This document shows, piece after piece, positions 1 through 14,089 of a stretch of 64,000 bases of DNA. Positions within the stretch are counted from its first letter, which is position 1, and each line of letters opens with the position of its first letter. Both the position numbers and the translations under genes were made by a program. The notes beneath the pieces were generated by a model. It worked only from the letters and a program-made list of their open reading frames with translations. It was not told the origin of the DNA and did no database searches. The stretch comes from the human T2T-CHM13v2.0 reference genome, Homo sapiens, in the NCBI RefSeq assembly GCF_009914755.1, contig NC_060927.1; one strand, given 5' to 3'.

Positions 1-106
1 TCCCAGGCAACATCCAGGGAAAACTGTAAGGATATTTAAAAATAGAGGGGATCTGTGCAACCTGGAAGAGACCAAGGACTTTCATGGTTGTGTTTGGGGC
101 TTCTAA

Positions 107-490
<384 letters not shown>

Positions 491-607
491 TAAATATATT
501 AACAGTAACCTGTATTATATATCATATATAATAATATAGAATTAAAATACAAAGATAAAACTTATATATATACATATAATTTTTTAAAATTGAGAAATAG
601 CAGCAAC

Positions 608-783
608 CAGTGGTCCTCAAACTTGAGCGTGCATCAGAATCATCTGGTGGACTTAAAACAGGTTGTCGGCCCAACATCTGGAATTTGTGAATCAGAATCT
701 AGGGTGGGGCTGGAGAATGTGCATTTCACACAAGTTCCCAGGCGATGCTGATGCTGGGTTTGGTGGCACTTGGAGAACGCTCG
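608..783 (-). mobile_element. MER5A (hAT-Charlie) non-autonomous DNA transposon
   Basis: cagtggtcctcaaacttgagcgtgcatcagaatcatctgg ... gcatttcacacaagttcccaggcgatgctgatgctg ... gagaac matches the MER5A reverse complement. Confidence 0.88.
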
Positions 784-784
784 G

Positions 785-1362
785 CAAAGGTCATATTTGT
801 TGACAGACACCGAGGAGACATTTGCATGGCCTAAGAATGAAAATGGATATCCAGAATTTACAATCCTGAAAATGACTGAAAGATATTCTACATAATTTAC
901 AGACAGAGGAGGCCAAAGGGCTGACAGGAAGTCAAACCAGAACAATAGCTTGCTTGCCACTTTGTGCCTATCCACATGGAGACAGTCAAAGTGGGCTTCC
1001 AGCAAGAGGCCACGCTGTGTGGGGGCAGCTCAGGCACTGCCGAGGTAGGAAGTGGAAGAAGCTGTTCTGGAGAGGGACCTGCTGGCTGTCCCAAATAAAA
1101 TCAAGCATCATCTTCCCATGACTCAGAAAAATGTTCACACAAGCCCTAAAAGGTGGTGTGGGGATTTTCCCCGGGGCTCTCCGTGGAGTATTTATAGCAG
1201 GGAATCGAAGGCAGCCAACATCAGCAGGCAGGGGGGATGATGTCCTTGAGAGCAGTTGGAACCACAAACAGAATGTACATACAGCACAGTGCATCGATCT
1301 GAAATATCGTGCCTGCCGATAAAGAGCAAAGAAACAGTTTTTATAGCACGTCATTTATGTAA
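785..1362. promoter_or_regulatory. Candidate enhancer: dense TF motif cluster in unique sequence
   Basis: Octamer ATTTGCAT 820-827, ETS CAGGAAGT 925-932, AP-1 TGACTCA 1119-1125, NF-kB GGGGATTTTCCCC 1160-1172, TATTTATAG 1189-1197, RUNX AACCACA 1260-1266, ACGTCA 1348-1353, D-box TTATGTAA 1355-1362. Motifs only, no functional evidence. Confidence 0.4.
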
Positions 1363-4300
1363 TTTAAAAACATATGCATGCAAAGCTCATTTCACAAGGT
1401 TGCATGCATGCATATTTGGGGACTTAATAGCAAATCTACTAGAGTGCTGGCCCAGAACAAGGGCTGGGGAGGACAAAAGGTGCTGGTATGAGGGTTAGAG
1501 GGCAAAACGAAAAAAAAAGGTAGAAAAATACCAAATAGAGCAGCCCTGCATCTGCTCTGTGTTAAGGATAGTGAACTTACATCTGAGACGCTTCTAAAAA
1601 CAAAGTCCACAGCTGGCTGGGCTCCACCAGACATGTTTCTGATTGGTGGGTGGGTCTGGAGGGCTGCTTAGCACTCAAAGAGGCAGTGGCAGGCCCTGCA
1701 GGGTGACAGGGAGGAGAAGCGGGGGCAGCCAGGGTCCAGCTGAGAATCCTCAGTGGGGAAGGGGCAGGGGGCAGAGCTCTGAGCTGCAGCGGGCAAAGGC
1801 GCCCAGATACTGCACCTGGAGGTCCATTCTGAGGGAGGGGCTTTGCACTTCTTCAAGTAGGGAGCTCCTCTGGATGCTCCTCCACCAACTGCAGCCCTGG
1901 CTGGAGTCTGGCATCCCACCTGGGGACAGTGGCTGGAGGTAGCCTTGCCCACAATGGGAGGAGCTGAAAAGTAGATGAGTGGGAATCTTGCAGTGGGGGT
2001 GTTGGGGGTAGTTGGTGGGGGAGGAAATAGGCTGGAAGCCAAGACAGCCAGGTACTGACTTCCCATGAAGGGGTCAAAGCTGGAGGCCCCTTCGATACAG
2101 CCACACCGAAGGCACCAAAGCAGCTGGAGTGGGATACCCCATCCAGAGATACCCGCCATAGAGCACCCATGGGTAAGCCCACGGGACTGGGTAAGCTTGT
2201 CAGGGGAACCCATGCAGGAGTGGACGACACAGCTGTCTGCAAGCCCGGCCAGGTGGCCGGGTCAGTTAGAAATTTGTTTCCCACACAGGCACAGAGGCCC
2301 CCGGCAGAGCCCACATCCACCCTGGAGGCCGAGGCAGCTGTGAGTATGTGGATTTCCTCCCAGGGCTGGGAAGCATGGGAGAGGTTTTTCTGCATGGCTA
2401 GTTCCCAGGAGGTGGCTGTTCCCATTGTTGAAGGGATCTTCTCTCCCCAAGCCTGGTGACACATGTTGGGCTTGCTCTCCTGGCTCCCCGACTGTGGAGC
2501 AGACAGTGGTTAGAAGAGAAAAAAAAGAGGTTCAGGAAGGGGTGAGGCCACCCCAGAGTGTCCAGGAGGGTCAAGACACCACCCTCTGTAGCTCATGGTG
2601 ATAGAGAGGGCTGGGGGGCATGCAGTCTTTTTTTGAAGCAATGTCTTGGGTCAAATTAAGAGTAATTCCTTCCCATCCCCATGAGTCCCCAGTCCCCACC
2701 CCAATGTGGTGCACAAGCACCCCAGAGGACTGATGGCAAAGCTGTGTGGGGGGCTGAGGTGGTGTTAGGAAGAAAAGGAAGCAAAATCCCAAAACAGCTG
2801 TATCTCCTTGCTGGAGCCACAAACAAAGAAAACTGGTGGCAAGGGGCTCCTCTTGGAGAGTGAGAAGGAACCGCCATGGAGGGAGACTCGACCTACCTCC
2901 CGGGCAGGGTGGCCCCCACGAGACCTGCCTCAGAGCATCAGTGAGTGGGCAGGTCTGTTTCGGAAGTGCACTCTGGTTGCAGTGGGGTGAGGGTAGAGAC
3001 CAGCAAAGTCAGGGGCTGGACAGGAGTCAGGGGAGAGGTGATGGTACTTAGAACCCAGGGAAGCAGTGGGAGGGAGGGGAGCAGGTAGGCTTTGGGAACA
3101 TTTAGAGCATCCTTCCTGACCAGATGTTGGAAGTGAAGAGAAGAAACAGCTCAGAACAGTGCCAGGTGCGACGGACACATGAATGTACCAGGGCACTAGC
3201 AAGGCATGGGTTTGGGGGAAGACAGTCTGGGTGAAACCGGCCACATCTGAGTCTGTGTCCCTCAACACCTCCTGAGGCAGCTGATCGCATTAGAGGCCCG
3301 GATCCTTCCCCTCGATGTAAGCTGCCCCCATGTCACGTGACCCACTCAGGCTCTGGGTGAAGGGGGTGTTAGTAATGAGTGCCTCTGCGACTGCCATGAG
3401 AACATGCCAGGTCAGCTTGCCAGAGTAGGAGAAACATATGCACAGAGCTGAGGCACCCCAGGCCTCCAGGGGCAGCCCACAGCACTCGACCTGCCGATGT
3501 GAGCGAGCCCAGGACGGGTGGGCTCAGTCTCCTAAGCCTCGAAGTGCTGGGCAACTTCTCCGGGTGATTCTAATCTTGCTACTGCTGAGGCGCACTAGCC
3601 CAAAATGGCCTGCAGCTGCCTGCTGACACCTGCCTGACCCCAGCTGAGAGCCAGACCACACTTACGACTGGTCCTGGTCAGAAGCCGCAGGTATGTGGGC
3701 TGATAGGCGTTTACTGTATGCTCTGAGGGTGTTTTGTTGTTGTTATGCAGTGTGATTTTGCAGTAGATGACTGATACACTTTCCAAAATGCCTGCTTCCT
3801 AAGAGTAGACAGAGTCTAAGGCTAAAGGAAGAAAAAGTCTGAAGGAATAAAGAAATGGGGTGCTCCGGCCTGTCCCCTTCCTTCCTTCCAGGACACGTTC
3901 TGAGGGGTAGGCCAGAAGGACAGGCTTGAGGGGAGAGAGGAGCTGGGCTCATTTCTGCCCCCTTGCTGACCAGAGCAGTGACTGTGAAGACAGATGTGGG
4001 AGGGGTGCAGACGGCCATCCCCTCACCCCAGGGGAAGAAGCAGTCAGCTGCCCTCCCAAGTAGCTGAGGGGGCCCTGAGGTGCAGTGACTGGCATGAGGT
4101 TAGCGTGTGGACAGGATCCAGGTGTAAATGCAGGTATTCGGATGCTTCCCTGGATGCCAGAAGCCACAGAGACTGGAGAGGGAGAGCAGGGGGTGCAGCC
4201 CCACCATAGCAGATGAACCCACATAATGCTTTCCATTGGTGAGCCTCACACCCACTTTCACACAGATGCAACCTTCTGTTCGAGGTGGAAACCATCACTG

Positions 4301-5184
4301 CACAGAGGATGGGGAACCTCTGAATACAATCAGATTTCCTCAGAAAAATTTCCCCAACAAACAAAATGGGGGCAGTTAGAAATTATGTTCAGTTATGAGG
4401 AAAAAAGACAAAAAGCTATTGGTATTGAATAGTAAGACGATGAGCAACTCCACTGAGAAATGACCAAATGATGGCAATAAGAAAGCCACATTAGCTGGGT
4501 GGGGAGATGAGACATCAATAAACACGAGAAAAGCTGTTCAAACTTATTCAAATTAAAAGACTGGGCTGAACTTCTAGGTAAAGATGGCAGGCGACAGGTA
4601 TGTACTCATGATGGCCCCTCCCCAGCCCCACCATAACAGTAAGGGAAATTTAACAAGCCATTAGCCCACAAGAACAGCTATAATGTGAGAGAAAACAGGA
4701 AGGAGATTTGGGTGGCAAGAAAGCAGATGGCCGTGCAGGAAGTGACTGAGCAGAAGGAGGACGCTGAGGAACGGAAGCCTCAGCCAGCAGCAGGGATGTG
4801 GAGAAGCCACTCGCTCTCCACTGCAGAGCCACTCAGGAGATGTAGAATTCCTGGATCAGGCAGTGGGATTGGAGATGACGTGAAGTGGGATGAAGATGAG
4901 ACTAAAAGCGGAAGACCAATTAGACTTTCAAGGACTATCTGACAAGTCGCCAGCTGGGAGACACACCTCCCCCAAACATGGCCACGTGCCCTCCCCTTCC
5001 TTCTTCCAGCAGAAGAGACTCAAATTTTCTCTGGACTGAAAACTGAGGCAGGGGTGGGAGAAGATCTTTGCGTTCTGCTGAGACCCCAGCTCTCTTCCTC
5101 TCAGCTCCCAGCATGCCAGCCCAATTCCCTTCAGGTGGGAAAATAAAAGAGCCTTCTTAGGAAAATTTGAACCAAGATTTAAAA

Positions 5185-5449
<265 letters not shown>

Positions 5450-5699
5450 TCAGTCAATGGAAAGATCTAAAGGTAGTAACTTTGGCATTTCCCCAAACGC
5501 AAGACCCAGCCAAATCTTGCAGCCACACTCACAGGTTCAGGACTCTCAACCAGCCCTTCAGTGCCTCACTTATGCACATGAGCCAAAAACTGTGCATTTC
5601 TGTACTTCTGCAGAAAGCCTGCAGCATGCAAGTTAGAGACCAGCACAAAACTGGACCAAATATAGAGCCATTATTAGATCAGATAGCTCTGCTATCTCA

Positions 5700-6520
5700 A
5701 AGACAGGGAACAAAATAAAACTAAAAAATAAAACTTGGAGGACAAATAACATATAGAGAGGAAAAACTCTCAAAGCTAATTAATATCCTCAGAAAGGTAA
5801 GACTATATCCTTAAAATAAAAACAGAATACCATGGGGAAAAGGCACTTTGAACAATAGAATAGCTGAAATGAAACACACAAGGATTGGAAAATGAAGCTG
5901 AGGAAATACCCCCAGAAAGTAGAACAAAATTACAAAAGTGAAAAGTGGAAGAAAAATAAGTAAAGGGTCACTAGATGTCTAACATCTGAAAAACAGGGGT
6001 TACAGAAATAAAACTGAAAATGGAGCGAGTTAATCAAAGACATGATTCAAGAAAAGTTCCCAGACCTGAAGGATGTTTCTAGAGTGAATGGAGCCCACCC
6101 AGGGTGTAGTAGATATATGAAAATAGACCCACATAATGAATACTATTGTGAAATATGAGAATAGTAGGTACAAAGAAAATCTTACATTCCTCAAATAAAA
6201 CAAATCAAAGGTATCAGAATTGGAATGATTTTGAACTTCGACATCTGTCCTAGAAGCTGAAAGAAAATGGAATAGTGCCTTCAAAATTCTAAAGGAAAGT
6301 TATTTTCCAACTTAGAATTCTGAACCCAGGAAAATTATAAATTAAGGGTGAGGCTAGAATCAATATATTTTAAAATAGGCAGGATCACAAGTTTATCTCT
6401 TATGTACCCTTCCTTTCTGGGAAAACTACTATAGGATATACAGCATCAAAATGAGGGGGTAAACCCAGAAAAAGGAAGACAAGGGACTCAATGCAGGAGG
6501 GAGGTAAGGGGTCCCGGTGA
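5700..6520 (+). mobile_element. HAL1 / old L1 ORF1-like fragment
   Basis: A-rich decayed ORF1 sequence: gaaaagttcccagacctgaagga, aaatggaatagtgccttcaaaattctaaaggaaa, ttagaattctgaacccagg, caaaatgagggggtaaacccagaaaaaggaagac. May extend leftwards past the Alu. Confidence 0.75.
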
Positions 6521-7328
6521 CAGCTGTGAGCCAGGCTGGTCTGGGATGGAGCAGGTCAGAAGGTTCCTAGTGAGAGTGCTTCAGGAGGATGGAATTGGTG
6601 GAATCCCTGGTGTGTCCAAGCATATTGAGGTGGTGTAAAGGAGCTAAACTCTAAAATGAGCTAAATTCTATAATGCCTAGGACTAAAAGCTGTGTGCTAG
6701 CATGTTATCTGCAGATATGGAAGTAGATACCCAAATAATTAGCTGAAAAGAGTTGGGAGGGTGGTGGGAGGCAGCTCCTTTTCATATCAGTTCTGTGATA
6801 CTACTTGATTCTACATTGCATGTATGAAATTGACACCAATGAGAACCAAACAAAAAGAAAGGACTCTCAGTTTTCACTAAGGTTGGCCAAGATGGAAAAG
6901 GTTGATAGTACTGAATGGGAAAACTGGCTGAACTCTTCCTGGTGGGAGCAAAAATTCACGTGATCTCTTCAGAGGTCAATTTGGCAGTAAATGATGAAAA
7001 CTTAAAAAGGGCAACTCACCCTCAACCCTGCAAGTTGTTTCTCTCCCTCAGTTGTGTATGGTGGATCTGGAACAGGAAGCTGTGGGTGGAAGGGAACCCC
7101 CGGAAGGCACTCCTAGGTGAAGGAGGGGCAAATACTTGGGAGCTGGTGTCAGCAGGCAGGATCGGGATGGGTGGAGGACCAGACTGCAAACCAGCTGACC
7201 CTTGTCTTCCAGTCTCCTTCCCTGGTAGGGGAGTCTCACTGTGGAAGCCTGAATTATGCTCTCCTGAAACATTGCTCTGGGGGAGACAAGGGGTAGGTGG
7301 GGTGGCAGCTGGGAAGGGTGGGGAAGAG

Positions 7329-7330
<2 letters not shown>

Positions 7331-7368
<38 letters not shown>
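7331..7368. repeat. (GT)19 microsatellite
   Basis: Perfect GT run of 38 nt. Confidence 0.98.
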
Positions 7369-7370
<2 letters not shown>

Positions 7371-7479
7371 CGAGGACTGGGTTTGTTTGTAAGATAGAGA
7401 GCAAACAGGAGGGGAGGGAGCATGCGGGGGCTGGGACAGGAAGGTCTGATTAGGGAACCCCAGATGCTGAAGGAGGCAG

Positions 7480-7900
7480 ATGAACAAGGTCAGCTTTGGT
7501 CCGGGAGGCAGGATGTCCCATCCAAGAAAAACGGAAGAAGACTAACCCCACTGACAAAAGCTGCTCTCTCTCCTGAGATCTCGAACACACACACCCGACT
7601 CTCCCAGCAGGCCCTCTAGTGCTGAAGTGCTCCTGAGGGCAGCCTGCAGTCTTCAGTGTCCCGGCAGCGCCGCGGTCCAAGGTCAGCCAGGCGCTGTGCC
7701 CCAGCCCTGATGAACCAGCCGCCTCCTCCTCCCCCTCCCCCTCCCCCTCCCCCTCCTCCTCCTCCTCCTCCTCCTCCTCGCAGCTCCAGGGCAGGAAGCA
7801 GTTCTGAGGCCCCACACTTGGTGCCCTTACGTGAGGGGGTGGAGCCAAACACTGTCATGTGAGGGGGTGGGGCAAGGCCACTGGTGTGGCTCAGGAAGAC
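7480..7900. promoter_or_regulatory. Promoter-like GC-rich segment (candidate TSS or 5' UTR, probably minus strand)
   Basis: Local CpG cluster 7661-7695, 60-nt C/T-only tract, twin GTGAGGGGGTGG boxes (7831-7842, 7859-7870), CAAGGTCA/CAAGGCCA sites at 7485, 7678 and 7873. Inference only. Confidence 0.35.
7718..7779. repeat. Compound (CCT)n/(CCCCCT)n polypyrimidine tract
   Basis: gccgcc then (tcc)n, four ccccct units, then about (cct)9. Confidence 0.95.
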
Positions 7901-8569
7901 GAGGGGATCAGGTTCCCTGTCAAAGGTCCACCTCTGTCTTACACGAGAAGCTGATGGGGTCAATCCAGCCGTCTGTTTAATCCCAGCAACAAAGGTACTC
8001 ACCACACTGTGTTGCCCTCTGGCCAGGAGAGGGGCAGGGCGTGTAATTGACCTACTTGTCTGAAGTCAGGGGACAATGACTCCAGGAGGAGGGTCTGAAG
8101 GGAGTGGGAGTCAGCCCTGCCAGGTGGAGGGGGCAGGGACCTCAAGGGCAGACCGCAGCCCAGCTACCAAGGCTCCCGAGGAGGGAGCGGACCCCTCCCA
8201 GGAGCCTGCAGGCCACTGTGGCTGCAGCTGGGGCCAGGAGGATACTGGGCTGAGTCAGGTGGTCCCATCCTCCAGCGACCTGGGGGCCCAAGTAACCGCA
8301 GCCATGATGAAGGTTTAGTTAAAAGGGCAGGTTTGAGTTTCAGAGCAGCAGAGCTTTGCTGCAGCCTGAGGGCCAGGATGTGGGGAGGGCAGACAGCAGG
8401 CTGTGAAGGGTTTCTTGGGTTAGCCATGAGCCCTGGTCAGGAGAGGACCCTGGTAGAGAATGCAGCATGACAGTAGGCACCTGGGTGAAGGGTGTGGAGG
8501 TTCTCACTGCTGTGGTGCTGCACGCACCTGACACTTACCAAAGGATGGACAGGCTCTCCTAGGTCCATC

Positions 8570-9170
8570 TCCACCTAGCTACCTTCAGCTTTTTGATTGT
8601 GCTATTCCAGTCCTCATAGCTTTCCCTATTTTTTGTGTACTTGATTTGGAGTTTTCCAAAAGTGTGTGTTAAAAAGTCTCCCATGAAGAGTGTGGATTTG
8701 CCATTTTCTTCTATATTTTTGTTGCTTTTTTACTAACACATTTTGAAGCCAATTATTTATATAGCAATTACCAGATGCCAGACACTGTCCTCAGTACTTT
8801 CCCAGTATGAACTCATTTAATCAATATGAAATATCCTAACAATAGGAGGCTAGTTTAGAAAATTACACAGTGAGGACTTTGAGAAAAATGTAATAAAAGT
8901 TTATTGATTAACAAGGAAAATCATCCATGATATATTATGAAATGAAAAACGCAAGTTACCATGCAGTTTATACAAGCTCATTGCTTTTTTTGTGATGGAA
9001 AGAAATGTTATCTATGCATAAGAAAAAGGTCTGGAAGTGTGCATACCAAAATAATGACATAGATTATCTTTGGGAGATAGAATCATGTGCTATCATATTT
9101 TTTTGTTTATACTTATATGCATTTTCTGGTTTTGATAATGAGGATCTATTAGTTGATAATTTAAAAAAAT
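8570..9170. mobile_element. Mixed old L1M fragments (antisense ORF2 piece, sense 3' UTR) with a short MIR piece at ~8750-8825
   Basis: gtgttaaaaagtctccc..gtggatttgccattttc (antisense L1); tgccagacactgtcctcagtacttt..ctcatttaatc (MIR); aaaaggtctggaagtgtgcataccaaaat (L1ME 3' end). Confidence 0.6.
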
Positions 9171-9379
9171 CATTTGGTAAGGACCCTAATTTTCAAAACA
9201 AGAAGTTGAGAAATTGCAGATAAATGGACTGAAAATTCTTTGATTAATAATAAGGTGCCCAATATAAAAATGCAAAGATCTGGACACAGAGCTGTGTGAG
9301 GCAGAATTAGAATTAGCCATATCTGGGTAAGGACGGATGAGAAATCCAAACCACTAAAGTAGAGATGTTCCGTTAGCCC

Positions 9380-9562
9380 CAGGAGTTCTCAGACTTTACA
9401 TTATTTAGCTCAGAGGGCTTGTTACAGCACAGAGGGCTGGGCCCAGCCCCCAAGTATCTGATTCTCTAGGTCTGTGGTGAGGCTGAGAGCTTGCATTTCT
9501 AGTAAGTTCCCTGGTGATGCCAAGGTTGCTTGTTTGAGAAGCAACCACACTTTGAGAGCCCC
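9380..9562 (-). mobile_element. MER5A DNA transposon
   Basis: gagggcttgttacagcacagagggctgggcccagccccc..ctgattctctaggtctg..ttgcatttctagtaagttccctggtgatgc..ccacactttgagag. Confidence 0.85.
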
Positions 9563-10149
9563 AGCCACAACTGGAAGTTAACGTGGCATTGGTTTATATG
9601 GTGTGGCTAGTACATACTCATTATTTGAATGTTGGAAAAAAACCATAAAACCATTTGGGCCCAGAGCTTTTTTAGATATGACTTAGCTTTGCTCATGTTT
9701 GTGGTCTTCTCAAAGGCCTTCACTTCTTGAATTGATTTTGGTTAATTTATTTACAATATTCCATTTCTCCAAGATTTGCAAATCTGTTAGCATTGAACTA
9801 TACATAGTCCACTCATATAAATATTTATACTTTTTTCTGCTGCACTAGTCTGAGTTCACAGCTCTCCAGTTCCCTCCCCAGGACAGCTGTGACCCACAGC
9901 CCTTCCAGGTAAAGTGGCCTTGGAGGACAGTGACCATGTCACCCCTCAGTCTACTGTACTGAGGGCATGGTTTGCATGTTCTGTGACCCAGTGAGAGTCC
10001 TATTCAGGCTCTGAGCAGTGTGGACATTTGCCCTGGGAAGTCCCTCTCAGGAAGACTCGGGGTTTATGTGTAGGATGCTGCCCTGGCCATTTTCATAAGC
10101 ACAAGTTCCTTTCACAGCTTTCCCTGCTCCCACTTACCAATCTCCAGCT

Positions 10150-10973
<824 letters not shown>

Positions 10974-11129
10974 CTATTGAAGGATATAAGTAGGTAAGTA
11001 GCAATTAGCTTTAAATTTAAAAATCTTTCTCTAAAATTTTTCTTATAGGAAGATTGTGGTCCATAATAAATATGGAAGAAGTGAAAAAATTTTTGCAAAT
11101 CACCATTTTCCAAATTCTGATGAAGTGAT

Positions 11130-11895
11130 TGATTCAGACAATGATCATCAATGATTGAAACTGTTAGCTAAAAGGCAAACAGAGATTTATGATGGAGGAA
11201 TCGGGCTGTCATCACTGAGCCCACCATCCCCATCTTAGTAGGATGGCTGGACAATGCACACCTCCTGGTAGGTGTGATATGAAGCACACAATAACACCAA
11301 TGGAAGACTCTTGCCAAGAAAGTCAAACTTGAATTTAATCCAAACTCTACAGCAGCAGTGTCCAATAGAACTCCTATGATTCTGAAATGTTTGTATCCAT
11401 ATTGTGTAGTAAGGCAGCCCAAGCCATGTGTGACTACTGAGCACTTTAATGGAGGCTAGTACAACTGGATTTTATTAAAATTAAAACTGAATTTTACATT
11501 TCATTTTATTTTAATTAATTTAAATAGCTCTTTTTGGCTAGTGGCTACAGTATTGGACAGTGTGGTCCTAGAGCTAACTTTCATTTGCAGGAAATCCAGG
11601 GGATAGAAGAACAAGCTAGAGGACACCATAAGGAAGCAAGGAGATGAGGCAGCATGTGGGACACTGAGCAGGTTTCTGCACTATGTCATTGCATTAAAAA
11701 CAAAGTGAGGAGAGACTTTTCTGGACAAGAGACATAACAACTACATATTATGTGTGGGCCTTGTTCAGAACTAGATTCAAATGAATTATGTAAGACAGTT
11801 TGGAGACAATATGGGAAACTTAGCTATGGATGCTCAGATTCTATCAAGGAATTATTGTGCATTTTTTTAGGAGGGAGAACTTACTGTGGTTATGC
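11130..11895 (+). mobile_element. L1MC-type 3' UTR fragment, interrupted by MER3
   Basis: aatgatcatcaatg..tcttgccaagaaagtcaaacttgaatttaatc | gcaggaaatccaggggatagaagaacaag..gagacataacaac..tatcaaggaattattg. Confidence 0.65.
11353..11565. mobile_element. MER3 (hAT-Charlie) DNA transposon
   Basis: Inverted termini gtgtccaatag ... tattggacagtg; agccatgtgtgactactgagcactt; ttttattttaattaatttaaatagc..tggctagtggctac. Confidence 0.82.
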
Positions 11896-13113
11896 AGATT
11901 CCAGTTAGAAGGCTTCAAATCCTAGCAGGAGGTAGATCAGAGTAGGATCAGCGAGTTCAAGGGAAATGGATTGTTCCATGATGTGTTTTGTGAGGAGGAG
12001 TGGCCAGGCTTTTTGAGTGAGTGTAAGGGGAAAACAGATAAGATGTCAAGGATGGCCCCCAACTTCTGGCTTGCACAGATCATGAGTGGGAGGTCAGGAA
12101 ACTTGGAGCAGAACAGGTGTGAGGGAACCACCTGGACACTGGCTTTGGTTGTATTTGAAGTGCCTGTGAAATCTTGAGAGCTATCAAGTGGCCCATTGCC
12201 TACAGGGTCTGGGCAGCCGGCTGAGCCCCAGCATCACCAGTGGGGGCATTCGGTGGATATGGAGGCTGGTCCTGTGGGCAGAGACCCCAGATCTATCCCA
12301 CATCTGTCCCAGCTTTCCTCTCAACACTAGGGCAACTTTGTTTTCAGCAGAAAGCCCTTAATATTGACACTTTTAATGAGACAGAGTTGCTTTTTAACTG
12401 TCTCCTCTTGGATGACCATTCTATCAACCTCGTGGGTTGCCCCTCCCTGCTTCTCTCCCCTTGGCCAGGAGAGGTGTAAGTTGCCCTGGGATGCCTGCAG
12501 CTTCTCCTGAGGGTGATTGCATCAGCTGGCTCTGGGCACTGCAGCCTGGCACCTGCAGATCTGGGGCGGGCCTTCAGTCTCTTGGCTTTGGGGAGCTGGT
12601 ATCTACTGCTCGTGTCCCTAGTCACTGCTGTGGCTGTGGTGAAGAGGGCATCTCAGCCTGATGCTGGCTGCTTCTGGCCCACTTATCTACGCAGTCTTTC
12701 CTCACCTGCTCTGGACTCAGGGGGTTCTGGCTGTTTTGCCAAAGGTGTGTGGGACTCTGTGATCCACCCTCAGGCCCAACACCCAGAGTTTCAGATGCCT
12801 CTCTGAGCAGGGCATGGGTTCTGGCACCAGATGGAACACAGGGTTTTTCTAAGAGGCATGCAGGCTTCCAGGTGCTTTCTCAACCTGCCCAGTGTTTGCA
12901 ACATCTTGCTGCTGCCAGGACTGGTGAAGGTGGAAGAACTGAGGGGACACTGGTCCCCCTTCTGGGACCCAGTCATCCTCCACACCATCCTCCTGCTGAC
13001 CTCCCTGTGCGGCAGAAACTCCCTCCTCAATCTCATCCTGCATTTCCCCAGTGATGCAGTTTATGAGGAAAGATCTCTCTGTTCAGTACTGTACACTTAA
13101 CTCACTACTGTCC

Positions 13114-13275
13114 TTTTTTTTTTTTTGTCTTTTTAGTTTTAACATAATTATAGATTCACAGGAAGTCGGAAAGATGGTAGAGAGGCTGTGTGCCCTTCCC
13201 AGCTTCCCCTAGTGGTTGCATCCTACAAAGCAATGGCACGATGCCTGAACCAGGATGCTGGTGCTGGCATGATGA
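13114..13275 (-). mobile_element. L1MC 3' end fragment
   Basis: Poly-T followed by ataattatagattcacaggaagt..agagagg..cccttcccagcttcccctagtggt. Confidence 0.7.
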
Positions 13276-14089
13276 GGGATGGTCTGGAGTTAAGGGTGGT
13301 TGTCATCGTAAGTGAGTGCAGGGGCTGTCTGTGAAGAGGGAGCAGTTCTACATCTTGTTTAGAGTGGAGGTTCCATGAATCACCCCATGATGAGAGGCAT
13401 GGAACTCAGCTCACTCCAGAGACCAGTTATTTGTTCCCCATCTCTATAGTTTCTGTCTCGCTGCATATTAAAAAACAGTTTTGGACATACTTAGGAAGCA
13501 GTTTTCTCTCTCAAATGCTGGATCTCCTGAGGCTCTCAGGCCTGCAATCATGCTCATCCTGTATGTATATAGGTGCCGGCCCTGCCCTCCCTACAGGGGC
13601 AAGGGAAGCCTGGGCATTCGAGGATGAGGATGTGGGACCCCAGCCTGCACAATGGAAATCCTTTCTGCAGTGTTTCGGAGCACTTGCCCAGACCTGGAAT
13701 CTGAGCCCTGGACTTGCATCTCCTGACTGGAACCTGGCTTCCTTTACTCCTGTGAGGGTGCAGGAGTGCCTCACTCCCTCATAAGCCCTTCCCAGGCTTG
13801 TGCTGGGCTGTAGCCTGAGCCCCCTGAAGGAAGACTTTCTCGCCCAGGCCCCTCAGGGCTCCGCAAAGTGGACCCTGTTTCAGGGCAGGGCATGATAAAT
13901 GTAGATTTCAAAGTTGAAGATAGCTCTTCCACCTGTTTTCACAAAATCTCATTTCTATAAATCTCATTTGAATTTCTGTCACCTGCAGAAGTGGACACCA
14001 TTAGCCCACCTACATTTCAGGACCATGGAAAGCACCAAAACGCAGCTGCCAGCTTGGCTCTAGTGACAGGGCACAGACAGCCGTTGCTG

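Noticed and set aside
1668-2464. Longest ORFs in the window (181 and 203 aa, minus strand)
   Set aside because: No recognisable domain, Pro/Ser/Gly/Trp-rich composition typical of GC-rich non-coding DNA, overlapping ORFs in several frames, no clear exon structure.
7600-7715. Possible REST/NRSE site (TTCAGCAC and ACAGCGCC half-sites on minus)
   Set aside because: Halves are in the wrong order and spacing; the best contiguous match has too many mismatches.
7450-8005. Poly-Glu, poly-Gly and poly-Pro ORFs
   Set aside because: All are frames of the (CCT)n/(CCCCCT)n tract; flanking residues match no protein I recognise.
12480-13100. Possible processed pseudogene next to a T run
   Set aside because: No recognisable protein in any frame; the T run at 13114 is the tail of an antisense L1 fragment.
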